Part shown: positions 1 to 12,161 of the stretch, in pieces
Layout: each line of letters starts with the position of its first letter
How positions within the stretch are numbered: the first letter of the stretch is position 1
Assembly (NCBI GenBank): GCA_964057225.1
Contig: OZ059894.1
Coordinates: 13,454,001-13,518,000, forward strand
Length of the DNA stretch: 64,000 nt
Source of the DNA: Auanema rhodensis
Taxonomy: Eukaryota > Animalia > Nematoda
Direction: 5' to 3'
Notes under the pieces: generated by a model
Seen by the model: the letters and a program-made list of their open reading frames with translations, nothing else
What the model was told of the DNA's origin: nothing
Databases searched by the model: none
Program-made: the position numbers and the translations under genes

Positions 1-1337
1 TGAATTTGAATGAAATACGGGCAGATTATGAGAAATGGTGGGAAAAATACAAGCTGTGGAAAGACAATAATGTTAGTTAACATATCGAAACTTTATTATC
101 AAATTTGTTATGAAAACTAAAATATGTTCTCGCAGGGGAACGTCCAGGAAGCTAAAAAACTTATGCGAGCTGAACAAAATGGATTACTATCTGCTCTATC
201 ATTGCCCAACTTTGTTAAAAAAGTAGGAAAAGAAGAAAAACATATGCTGAAACAATCTAGTTAGCATTTTCTTATTAAAAATTAATATTATCGAGGTTCT
301 AGCTCACAGTGATTACTTAAAAAGTAAAGGATTGATGAGAATTGAAAAGGATGCTGACGTTGTACATCTTGTTGGTTACCCAGTTCTTGTACAAAATAAT
401 CTAAAGTAATTTGTTTCTTCATCTATTCACATGTTAATATTTAGAGCACAACTAATGGATATATTTTCTGATGCTACTGTTATCACTCCGTCTTGTTTTG
501 TTAGAGCAGCATTGTTAGATGCCGTAAATGTAACACCTGAAAAGTACTTACCATTTACAGACGGCTCTGAAAGCTTTCCTGAGACCTATTTAGGTGCGCT
601 ATATTTTGAAAATTGTAAAAAAATGCTTTTTTTAGTTGGACATTCTTTATTTTCCTTACTTTCTCCATTCGTGAGATCACAATTTTCTGAAAAAAACAAA
701 TGGCCATTAGCGTTACAAAGCACTGGAATGGCATATTATGCTAAGGTTATTCACTAATTTCATTTTCTGCATCCAAATATTTTCCAGAGAAGTATAACTA
801 ATCTGTCCAATTCTCGACAACGCTTAAAGCATTGTATGCTGTTGATGGCTCATAATGAGGATGAAGTAAATGCATTCATAGAGAATGCTACAATAAAATT
901 AGGCAATAACTGTAACAAGTATAGAAATATATATTTTATTCTCAGCTGGACTGCTCGAAGAAGGTTTGTTCTTGGATTTAAAAACGAGATTTGTGAAGGG
1001 AAAGGAGCTGTTCAACTGTGAATCGCAAGCGACTACATTTGAAGACAAAGGATTGGAACTGTCTAGAGTTCGAAATACTTTTTAATAGTAATTAAAAGTT
1101 TATATTCTAGATATCTCGCCTCGACGACTACATTTCGAGACGATTGAACATTGTACATGATTCAGGCGCCTTTGTAAACATGGTATATGTAGAGACAGAT
1201 ATAGACAGAGTATATTATACATTATAATTATAATTACGATACTAATCTATTTATAGATATTGGCGCGAGTAATTGACAACCTAGTAGAAGGAAAACCTAC
1301 GCCTAGAAGCATTAAGAATTTAGTTTCGATAGATTGA
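1..1337 (+). CDS. Degenerate seryl-tRNA synthetase-like protein (SLIMP-like, probably catalytically inactive); 5' end outside window; about 9 exons
   Basis: Spliced translation is collinear with the class II SerRS core: ALSLPNFV, HLVGYPVLVQ, TYLVGHSLFSL, KWPLALQSTGMAYYAK, ELSRISRLDDYISRRLNI (cf. DYQSRRLNI), VETDIDRILARVIDN (motif-3-like). Stop TGA at 1335-1337. Confidence 0.7.
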
Positions 1338-1574
1338 TAGTACATTAGTAAAATATAATAAATCTTTAATATCTTTTTATGACTTCTAAGCATAATCAAT
1401 TTATTCATAATGCAATTGTTCTTGACACCGTAATCCAATATCACATGGGAGCTATGTACAGAATATGTTTCATTAAATAAGTACTTCTTGGTTGTTCGAA
1501 ACATTAAAGTCATTCTCATTTTTTATTTCAGATTCAACTTCCTAAAAATATTTTTTGTACATTCTAATGATAAA

Positions 1575-2769
1575 TTATGATACATCGGAACCTTCTGGAG
1601 ATACTCCACTCAGGTCCAGCCGTTCAATCCCAAACGCTAATCTATCCCTTTCGGGCTGATTACTATCTTCACAATAAAACTGAAAAAACAACTTAAGATT
1701 TTGTTTTCGATTGTAGCAAAACCATTGAATTTACAGGTTCTGTCATATATGTCATCCTATCAATATCGAGCCAACTAAATCCGTCTTGCTTTCCACTTAA
1801 CCGTTCATTCCAACCTGAGGTATCAACTCCTACAGCTAACTTCATCATTCTTTCTCGCGCGGCTTCATGTATGGAAGAATCCCACGGTGTTAATCTTAAC
1901 ATTTAAAATAGAGAAATACTATTGGAAAAAAATACTTAATAGCATTAGCGTCATCCTTGTAAGGAGGATCATCAAATATTTCTTCTCTACTTGTATTCAC
2001 ACATTCTCTGCACAACTCTCTGAACAATTTTTCTACAAAAGCGAACAGAAATAATTATATGCACTTAAACTTGTCTTTGTGTTCGTTCCATAGTATTGCT
2101 GCTTCAGGATTTGAGCAACTACCTAAATCCGCCTCGTACGAAAAAAACACCCTCTGCATAGAAAATTTTTAATATGTTTATTCGAATTGTAACCTGCACA
2201 GCAATCAGAATATTCAATATGTTATGTTTCTCTTTTTTAAATCCATCAGGAAAATTTCTAAATATATTTATATATATCAATGCTCTATATAACGTAATAT
2301 TTACTTCTTTAAATCCAGTATATAAGGAGCTTTTGGATTAACACTAGGATGGAATATAAAGCTTTCGAAAACTACCAACTAAACTTTTCCAAATATTAGA
2401 AACTATGTATTAGAAGCTAACCGGGATGGAACGAGAATTAGGAAATTCTTCTGGGAATTTAACAGTAAACCTAAAGATTCCTCCTCCATAATAACCTCTC
2501 CTCACAAATAGAATCCCGAACCATACTATAAATAAGGCCTAATCCAAATTTTTTTTAAAAATCGAACCATATAAATTATCAGCACTTGGAGTAATATATA
2601 AGCCATCTACAGGGCTCCGGCAAACCCTAGCACTGTAGAAACAAATTTGTTTTACATTAACGAAATTATCATACTATTCACTGTCAATTGCGTGGCGAAT
2701 TCTTTGTTCGGGTCTAATGCATAATTTTTCTGGGACCTTCGCTTCCTCTGCAACTTCACAGCCTTCCAT
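1575..2769 (-). CDS. AKTIP: AKTIP/FTS/Crossbronx-type inactive ubiquitin-conjugating enzyme variant (ubc-19-like)
   Basis: Exons give GLYITPSADNLY-VWFGILFVRRGYYGGGIFRF...FHPSVNP...LDL (catalytic Cys replaced by Asp) ...QRVFF..NPEAA..FDDPP.DDANAIKLTPWDSSIHEAARERM...GFSW, typical of the FTS family. Confidence 0.88.
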
Positions 2770-2934
2770 GTAAATATATCTATCTATATTTGAATGTTTA
2801 AAATTTCATTTTCTTTTCACATAAATCGCATTTCTTGGTAAAAATAACAAAAGGACCGTACCGAGCGCAAAAATACACTTGTTCACATCAAAGACCTTTA
2901 TTTTCTAAAAAGTATGTACTACACTTCATTTAAA

Positions 2935-3547
2935 TTATGATCCTGGAGCCTTAAGTCCGGTGTATGGTGGAAGTGGCTTTCCATAAGCAAGAGTAAGAAG
3001 ATTGTAGATTCCAAGAACGAAGCAAGAGGTTCCTAGAAGTAACAACTCGAAAAGTGTCAAGTAATCTAAAGCGTACCCAAGACCTTTACGAGAGTAGACA
3101 AACCACGATCATAAGCTCCGGCTTCCTCAGACTTCTTTCCATCAAGAAGAGCTTGCTTTAAAGAAACTGGTGAATTAAGTTAATTCGAGAAAACATACAG
3201 AGTATGTAGCAACTCTCTTACGAAGGACTGGATCGTATAAGCCATGCTTTCCCATAACGAGCTTTCCAACCTTGGTTCCCTCAGGAAGACGTGGAAGAAT
3301 TTTTCCAGCAGCCTGAAAAGAAAAAAAATTGTATTAAGAAATTAAGAAATGAAAATCTTACTCCAAGTTGCCATTCTCCGGGGTTTAATGGATCGAATTC
3401 CTCAATAGTTGGTGGAACCTGTATAAATTATCGTATATCATTTTTTTGTATCAACCCTACCTTTCCAGCATTGGTGGGGATTTGCTGGAAAGAAGCACAA
3501 CGAATTTGATTACGAGCAATACCCAGAGTACGAAGAGCCAAGGACAT
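2935..3547 (-). CDS. Small nuclear-encoded mitochondrial membrane protein (possibly COX7A-like); 5 exons
   Basis: Arg-rich, acid-free presequence MSLALRTLGIARNQIRCAS and a C-terminal hydrophobic segment GLSTLVKVLGTSCFVLGIYNLLTLAYGKP. High-expression codon usage. The COX7A assignment rests on topology only. Confidence 0.6.
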
Positions 3548-3991
3548 CGTTCTTAAAACTTTAAATTAAAACTAATCCTAAAAGCTATGTTAACATCTAA
3601 TAACCAATTATATTTTCTCTACGTATTCAGCTATAACAAAAAAACATAATAATTAATAAATATAAACAACAAACACATAAAAAATAACAAAATTCATATT
3701 AAAAGTAAAAATCTTAGCAACCGCCCAACTCTTAAAAATCGTACAAGTCTGAACAGTCGTGCTAAGACCAATTCCCTTCCTTGAATATTTCGAATATTCA
3801 AAATATTTTGATAATGGTAAGCTGTGTTTAAATAACTATAATTTATACGACTGAATTTATGGTGTTATGTATATCTAATTTAGAAAGAAATATTTTATTC
3901 ATTCTTTATAAAAATAAAAATTAACGGTGTTTCTTGGCGTTGGTCTGTATATGGCTACTGTTGTCAGTGTTTACTAAATTCTTTGTTATAG

Positions 3992-5997
3992 ATGGCTACT
4001 GTTGTTGCAGTACCTGTAGAAGACACAGTAGACAAAACGATTGAAAAGAAAGGTATTAAATATCAAGTTATATACCCACCTTGTTATTTCAGATGATAAG
4101 CCCGATGAACATCAGACAAAAATGCTAAATGCGGCTTTTCGTTCGCTTAAGCGTTCACAAGATTTGTTTAGCGTTGAATACTCAAATTTTCCCGAACCAT
4201 CGGAAGAAAGGTACATAATCATATTATTAATTGTGGTTATCGTTCGTTTGTATATTTAAGCATTAATTTTATAAAAAGCCTGAAGAAAAAATGCGATTAC
4301 GGTTCAGTTATCAGGCATGTCGAGGAAACTAAGCGAAGAGAGGAAAATGAAATGCTGAGAGTAAGTATATTACGCTTAAAATATTCTACTTCCAACTTAT
4401 CTCTTTAAGTTACCCGTTAATCAATCTATAACTGGTGGTACTGTTGTTACTTCTGATAGTCCTTTGGCAATAACGGGCGGATCAAGTAAAATTGTAAACG
4501 GAAATAAGTCTCAAGGGTACATATATATAAAGAAGATATATTTATTTTCTAATTTTGATCTATGCTAGACAGTTATTGCCTACTATTCCTGTTGGTCAAA
4601 GTGGCAAAGCTGAAGATAACTCAACTCGATCTCTTCTTCCACTTAAGGCGCCTATGCTAATGAAGCCGAAATGGCATGCCCCTTGGGTATTATACAGAGT
4701 TATTTCTGGTAAATAATATAAAATTTTCCATTTTAACTCTTTGTGTAGGTCATACTGGATGGGTTCGAGCTATTGATGTTGAACCTCAGAATCAATGGTT
4801 TGCTTCTGGTGGGGCTGATCGTATTATTAAGGTTTTTTATATATAACATATTATAGATAATATGACTATTTCTTTAAGATTTGGGATTTAGCTTCCGGTA
4901 AGCTCAAGCTGTCTCTCACAGGACATATTAGTGCTGTGCGTGCAGTCAAAGTGTCTGAAAGACATCCTTTCCTTTTCAGTGGAGGAGAAGATAAGCAGGT
5001 ATGAAAATTTCGGTGAAAAAGGTAATGAAAACTATTTTCAGGTTAAATGTTGGGATCTTGAATATAATAAAGTTATTCGACATTATCATGGACATTTGAG
5101 TGCTGTGCAAGCTCTAGCAGTTCACCCTACTTTAGATGTTTTAGTCACAACAGCTCGTGATTCTACTGCCAGGGTTTGAAAATATAATCTTTCACTATTA
5201 TTATTTTTTAAATCAGGTTTGGGATATGCGAACTAAAGCTCAAGTTCATTGTTTTGCTGGCCACACCAATACCGTTGCCGATGTTGTGTGCCAATCTGCT
5301 GATCCTCAAGTTATTACTGCTTCTCATGATTCAACAGTTCGACTTTGGGATTTAGCAGCTGGTAAATCCATGTGCACATTGACTCACCACAAGGCAATTT
5401 TTTATATAGTTTCGTTATAATTAGCCAATATTCTAGAAATCTGTCCGTGCCCTTGCTTTACATCCTCGTTTGTTTATGTTTGCATCCGGATCTCCTGATA
5501 ATATTAAGCAATGGAGTTGTCCGCGAGGAGAATTCATGCAGGTTGCGAGAAAATGTGTTCTAATTTAGCATTAGTTGGTTTTAGAATTTGGCAGGTCATA
5601 ATACTATTATTAACTCTATGTCTTGTAATCAAGATGGTGTGTTAGTATCAGCTGGAGATAATGGCTCTATGTGTTTCTGGGATTGGCGATCTGGTTTCTG
5701 CTTCCAAGTGAGAATTGTATTGGATTTAAAATTTAAAGTAGTTGTTTTAGAAAGCCGCTACTAAACCTCAGCCTGGATCCATTGAATCGGAAGCTGGTAT
5801 CTATGCCACATGCTTCGATAAGACTGGGCTACGTTTAATAACTGGTGAAGCTGATAAATCTATCAAAATGTATAAGGAGGATGAAAACGCGGTTTGTTTG
5901 TATTTTTCTATTAAAAAATGAGTTTTGTTGCTTTTAGACTGCAGAAAGTCATCCTATCGTGTGGAGACCGGAAATTATTAAACGGAGGAATTATTAA
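3992..5997 (+). CDS. plrg-1: Pleiotropic regulator 1 (PLRG1/Prp46), WD40 component of the NTC/PRP19 complex
   Basis: [34 protein letters not shown]; [21 protein letters not shown]; [11 protein letters not shown]; C-terminus [22 protein letters not shown] directly follows ttatag. Confidence 0.97.
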
Positions 5998-6151
5998 TTA
6001 TTGTTATTGTTACATGGTTCCCCTGTTTGTTCTCATGTTGTATTATATTAAATATAATGAAATGTTTTGGCTATTTATTTTGGTTTCCAGTTGCAACTGA
6101 CAAGCATATATCTTCAACTTATAATCTTGCTAACTTATCCTCTCGTTCTAG

Positions 6152-7618
6152 ATGGCTAATCGTACAGTAAGAGATGCCAAAACTATCAAAGGTAGTTGAT
6201 TCATAATAATACATCTTTTGATTCTGATGTTGTAGGAACTAATCCTCAGTATCTGGTAGAAAAAATCATTCGTCATAGAATCTATGACAGTAAATACTGG
6301 AAAGAATTTTGTTTTGCTTTGACAGGTGAATATTTTGAGATACATTATTGTTTTAAAAAGCTTATTCAACGATTTCTTTTTTCAGCTGAATTAATTGTCG
6401 ATAGAGGCATGGAGTTGCGATTTATTGGAGGTATCTATGCTGGTAACATTAAACCAACTCCTTTCTTATGCCTTTGCTTGAAAATGCTGCAAATTCAGCC
6501 TGATAAAGAAATTATTATAGAATTTATACGGCAAGAAGAATATAAGTAAAATCTATGATCTGTGCATTAAAAATTAATCCTTTGTCCTTTTCCAGATATA
6601 TACGAGCTCTTGGTGCGATGTATCTACGTTTAACATTTAGTAATGTTGAGGTTTTTAAATATCTTGAACCTCTGTTTAATGATTATAGGAAACTTCGATA
6701 TATGAGCAGAGAAGGGCGTTCGTAGAAGCTTTTGATTAAAAACAATTAACTGATATTAAATTCAGGATTTGAAGTGCTACATATGGATGAATTTATTGAT
6801 CATTTATTGAGAGATGAACGATACTGCGACATCCAGCTGCCTCGTTTACAGGTTTTTTAAAATATTTAATTTATAATTTTGAAAAATGAATATTCAGAAA
6901 CGAATAGCTTTAGAAGAAACTAGCGAGCTCAATCCATACAAAAGTTTGTTAGACGACGATCTCAATGCCCTAAGTGCGTCTGAAAGTGAGGATGAGAGCG
7001 ACAATAAAAAAAAAGTAAGCATAAACTTTTATTAATTTTTGCAAATTTTTATTAAGCCAAGACCGAAATTGGTTTCAAGAGCATTAAGCCCTCGCCGAGA
7101 AAGGGATAGATCTATTGAAAGAGAGAGAAATCGTCAAAAAGACCGTGAAGCGAAAGCTCGTGGCGAAGTTAGGTACGGTATTTACATAAACATCCGAAAT
7201 TATATATTGAAAGTATTTTTTGTGTCATTTTTTAGGGATAAATCCAAAGATCGAGATCGGGAATCGGATAGAAACCGAGATCGTGACCGCAACCGTGACA
7301 GAGAACGTGAACGACATGGTGATCGTCGCACTGACCATTACGGAGATCGGCATAATGATCGCCATGGTGATCGCAGTGGTAGAGATAGAAGAGATCGTGA
7401 AGACCGAGGGGACCGGGATAGAGACAGAAGAGGTTTGCTGGTTAAATTTTGATTCCACTTTCATGAACTCGAATTCAGATCGTGATGGACGAGATAAAGG
7501 AAAAGTAAATGATAAAGAGAGAGATGATCGCAAAGATAAGGGTCGAAAGGATGATGGCTTGTCTATTGAGGAAACAAATAAGTTAAGAGCTCAAATTGGT
7601 TTAGCTCCATTAAAATAA
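6152..7618 (+). CDS. prp-38: Pre-mRNA splicing factor PRP38 with RD/RE-rich region and C-terminal HIND motif
   Basis: MANRTVRDAKTIKGTNPQYLVEKIIRHRIYDSKYWKE; KPTPFLCLCLKMLQIQP; YIRALGAMYLRL; tail LSIEETNKLRAQIGLAPLK*. Confidence 0.97.
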
Positions 7619-7949
7619 TCATGTTATTAATAAAGTATTGTTGTGTTTCATTATTGTAAATAATTCATTTGACATCAATAAAATTAAAATATACTATCAG
7701 ATCCATGAACTATATATTGTTCCCAGTTGAGCATCATTGATTTATACCTTTTTCACTTCTACAGCTTTCCGGAAGTCTTTTATCTTGGTATTGCGTGAGT
7801 TCCGGTAATTATGACAGCCTCCGTTAAAAGTATTTAAACGCTTTTGGCTCACTTCAAAGTTTAGTCCGAGAATGGGCAGCCTACCTTTCAAAACTTTATC
7901 TACTCCCGCATCTTTAGCATTATTACCGTTATCAACAGCTGATTATGAT

Positions 7950-9925
7950 ATGAAATCCAGCTTTGGAAAACAGGAAAATGAATATTCGAGGATTGTCTCC
8001 AAATCAAGTAATAAGTTGCTGAATGAATTATGGGAGAAGGTGAGCTGTTGTACATTGAATCTAAAATTCCTTGCACATACAGAAAAAAATTCCAAACGAA
8101 GGATGGTCAGATCACCAATTAGAGTTAGTATTATCTTGGCTAGCTTGCCATGATTCCAACAATAGAGTTGATACGGTAGGTACAAATAAGCTTTTGTCGG
8201 AGTCTCTTCAGATTGATTAAAAATACTATGAAACTCAAAGAATTCCAATAATTTAGACACCGATTGGAGCTGGAGAACGAGAAGGTCGTGTAGTGTGTTC
8301 CTTTGTTCAACGCTTACATTGCAAGTAATTATTTTTTTCATATTAGTAAGGATTTAGAATATTAAGTATGTCGCATGGGATTGGACGTAGTGGCAATCTT
8401 TGTGAAATCCAGCCTAAAGCTTTAGGTTCTTCAATGTTAGCTTGTCTTGCCAATGAATTTGCTCTTCATGCCATGCATGAGCTGGGTATGTAGCATTGTC
8501 TACCTTCACTAGGCTATATATCGTTTATAGGATTGCATTCTATCAAGTCAGCTCTTGTAGTGCCGTTATGTACAGGAATGTCACTTTCTTTGACAATGGG
8601 TTCATGGCGTTCAATCAGACCGGAAGCCAAATATGTAATTTGGCTCAGAATTGACCAAAAAAGTTGTTTTAAGTCAATTTTTCATGCGGGTAAGCCTATA
8701 AAATGAAATACTAACAACTACCTTCTTCTCTACTATAGGGTATAAACCAATAGTTGTTTCACCTGTTCGTGAGGGAGACTCGTTGGTTACCGACGTTCAG
8801 ACTGTTAATTCTATTTTGGAAAAAAGATCACACGAGGTTTTTGACGAGATTTGTAAAATATAAAGGTTTTACTTATTTTCAGATTCTTTGTTTATTATCA
8901 ACATTGTCTTGTTTTGCTCCTCGTTCTCCCGATTCTCTGGAAGCATTGGCCGCTATCTGTCAATTACACAATGTACCTCACTTAGTCAACAATGCATATG
9001 GACTTCAAAGTGAAGAATGTAGACGACGATTAAATTCGGTTTTGGACTTCTGAATTGAATCAGAATAATAACTTCTAAAGTGTCTAGGCAAGATCAGCAG
9101 GTCGGGTTGATGCTATTGTTCAGTCCTTAGACAAAAACTTTCAAATTCCCGTTGGAGGCAGTATCATTGCTTGCTGTAAGCGTAGTGTTCTACAAAATAT
9201 TGCTGAATTTTATCCTGGTGACATAGGAAACTATACCAAAAGTAATTCGTGATTAAGGTCGTGCATCTGCCACACCTTCTCGAGATTTTGTACTTACTAT
9301 GTTGAACCAAGGAGTCCGAGGTTTGCTCCGTTCGTTTGAAACCCAGCAACAGTAGGGAATGCTTGAGTTTAATTGATAGAGTATTATCTGTAGACTGTTT
9401 CACAAAATGAAAAGAGAGCTGAAGACATTCGCTGATTCAATAGGAGAAGTTGTATATGAAGTTGATGACAATCTAATCAGCTTAGGTACTTCAATGCCGG
9501 CAAGAAATTTACTACTTATTTTTAGCAATGACTCTTTCATCGATATCTGTTGAAGATCAAACATTATTTGGTTCTATACTATTCAGTAGAGGAATAACGG
9601 GTGCCAGGTTACACAATTAAGTTCTTTCTCTTGAACTTTTGGTTTGTTTAGAGTAGTAGCAAGCACTTCTGATATCACTAGTATATGTGGTAATGATTTT
9701 ATTAATTTCGGGTCCCACACTTCAGAACAACATGGTGGTTATTTAAATGTAGCTTGTGGCGTTGGTAAGCATCTGACTATAAGGTGAAAACATGTATTTC
9801 TTTCAGGGATGACTAATAGTGAACTAGAAATCCTGTTTGAGAAATTGAAAACAACTTATATTAAATTCTTGAAACAAAAAAAGTATACTAGTCTTCCATA
9901 TGAGCATTGTGATCAGGATGATTAA
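7950..9925 (+). CDS. secs-1: O-phosphoseryl-tRNA(Sec) selenium transferase (SepSecS)
   Basis: [70 protein letters not shown] (PLP lysine), [19 protein letters not shown]. An in-frame upstream ATG at 7872 is a possible alternative start. Confidence 0.95.
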
Positions 9926-10129
9926 TTAATTATTTGAAATAACTTTAAACTACAGTTTTTATATGTAATTAATACAGGCTACAGTTTTACCGTTTATGAT
10001 CTGTTTTTATTTATTACTTGTTTTAATGTTATTTTATTATCTAACAGCTAGGTTGTGGAATTTACATTTTACATCATAATAAAAGAGAAAAGAAGCAATA
10101 GCAAGCTAAAAACATAGAATGTATGCGGA

Positions 10130-10675
10130 ACTTGTTATCTTTGTGTAATATGGATACTCTTTGACGTAGCTTGGTTATCAGAAAGCTCAAGTGATTATGA
10201 ATGATCCGAAGAGTCTGCTTCAACGTGGAAGTTAAAGATAAGAAGGAAACCCGAAAAAATAGGTTTAAAACTTTTCATTTGTAAGATAAAATAAGATATC
10301 AAAAATAAAGAAGATCTAATGTGTAGCACAAAAACCTTTTAAACGAAGAATATATTAATATTCAAAATAAAGAATTACAGTGATAAATAAATATATAAAT
10401 AAATAATATGAGCGAATGGAATGTAGAAATAGAAGTATTTAGTGCAGATTATTATGAAACAAAACCTTATCTTGCACTTCTAATTTATCATGAAAGATTA
10501 ATTCTATTGAATTCTACTCCAGCAGTTTCCCTTTCTTCATTATCATAATAACTCATGTGATTCAATGGGGTTCAATCTGCTGTGCTAGCTAGTGTCAGGT
10601 TTTTGTGATAAGGGCAATGAAAGTAGCTGAAATCTTATCTAGCTTCTTAATTTTTTTCTGAAGCGTATAAATATG
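10130..10675 (+). promoter_or_regulatory. Intestinal-type promoter: cluster of about 10 GATAA/TTATC sites plus TATA box
   Basis: GATA cores near 10135, 10175, 10217, 10285, 10382, 10468, 10485, 10540, 10607 and 10636; GTATAAAT at 10665-10672, about 55 nt before the cathepsin ATG. Confidence 0.75.
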
Positions 10676-10723
10676 AAACCGCCAAGGCTAATGCCAGTGT
10701 TCTGGGTCGCACCTGCTCTCAGA

Positions 10724-11939
10724 ATGGTGAGTTTGAACGTTTCGTTTACGCTTTTAACGAAGCAGAACTCATATTTGCATTCGTTATTAATTATAAATTA
10801 TATTTGCAGAAGTTTGTTATCCTCGCCCTTCTTGGGGTTTCATCTATTTCGGCTTTTGCCGTAAAAAACCAAGAACAAGTCTTGGAATCTGTTCGCAGCC
10901 GTGTCATCTCAGCTGAAGCTGAACTTCTTTCTGGAGAAGCCCTTGCTGAGTATGTCAACACCCAACAGAAGTATTGGTTCGCTGAACCCTCCAAGTTCAC
11001 CGAGGAAAAGATGAGAGCTAAACTTATGGAAGAGAAATACCTCGCTCCAGTTGAAGATCATGAAATCGCCCCAGAACTCACTCATATCGAACTTGAAGCT
11101 ATCCCTGACTCTTTCGATGCTCGTGCTCAGTGGAAGCAATGCTCCAGCATTGGATTCATTCGTGACCAATCTGACTGCGGAGCTTGCTGGGCATTCGGAG
11201 CTTCAGAGGCTATGTCTGACAGAGTTTGCATTGCCAGCAACGGAAAGAAAACCCCAACTCTCTCTGCTGATGATCTCCTTTCTTGCTGTGGAAAAGCCTG
11301 TGGAGATGGGTAAGTATTTAAGTTCTTAGTTTTCTTAATTTTCTGATACTAATGTAGGCTAAAAAAATGTATTATAGATGCAAAGGAGGATACCCTATTC
11401 AAGCCTGGAAGTTCTGGGATAGCCACGGAGTCTGCACTGGAGGACTCTATGACTCTCACGTCGGATGTAAGCCATACCCAATTGCCCCATGTGGACACCA
11501 CAAGAACGAAACTTACTACGGACCATGCCCACAGAAGGAATACCCAACTCCCAAGTGTACTAGCACTTGCCTTGATTCTAGCTACAAGACTAGCTATTCT
11601 GATGATAAGTACTACGGAAAGAGCGCCTATGGAGTTGCAAGAAATGTTGCTGCTATCCAAAAGGAAATCATGACCCACGGACCAGTTGAAGCTGCCTACA
11701 CTGTTTATGAAGACTTCTACCAATACAAGGGAGGAGTTTACGTTCACACCGGAGGAAAGAAACTCGGAGGACACGCTGTCAAGATTCTCGGATGGGGAGT
11801 CGACAACGGAACCCCATACTGGCTTGTTGCCAACTCTTGGAACAACGACTGGGGAGAGCAAGGATTCTTCAGAATCATCCGTGGAGTCAACGAATGCGGA
11901 ATTGAAGGTGCCATCGTTGCTGGTCTTCCTAAGGAATAA
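10724..11939 (+). CDS. Cathepsin B-like cysteine protease (cpr family); exons 10724-10726 (ATG only), 10810-11309, 11378-11939
   Basis: Signal peptide [10 protein letters not shown]; IPDSFDAR; [13 protein letters not shown] (catalytic Cys); occluding loop PCGHH; GGHAVK (His); YWLVANSWN (Asn). Strong GGA/TTC/TAC/AAC codon bias. Confidence 0.97.
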
Positions 11940-12161
11940 GCTGTACATTACTGTAACCAACCAAACCATTTTTAATAATAAATAATTTTATTCTGAAAGT
12001 TTTAAAACCATATTCATTTCAATATCATTGATAAATCAACTTGAAATCGGAATAATCCGAAGTTGTTCTTTGATTCTTCTTTGATAATATAATTATTCAT
12101 TTCAAAGATTCATTATAACTTTTATACATTTCTTATTAATTCTTATTAGGTTTCATTTGCT

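Noticed and set aside
7220-7533. Hydrophobic ORFs over the prp-38 RD-rich region
   Set aside because: Frame-shifted or antisense readings of the RD/RE repeats.
7700-10100. In-frame UGA or SECIS element associated with secs-1
   Set aside because: The spliced frame needs no UGA readthrough, and I saw no convincing AUGA-AA-GA stem-loop.
11349-11969. 206-aa minus-strand ORF and other ORFs overlapping cathepsin B
   Set aside because: Antisense or alternative-frame shadows of a strongly codon-biased gene; no independent motifs.
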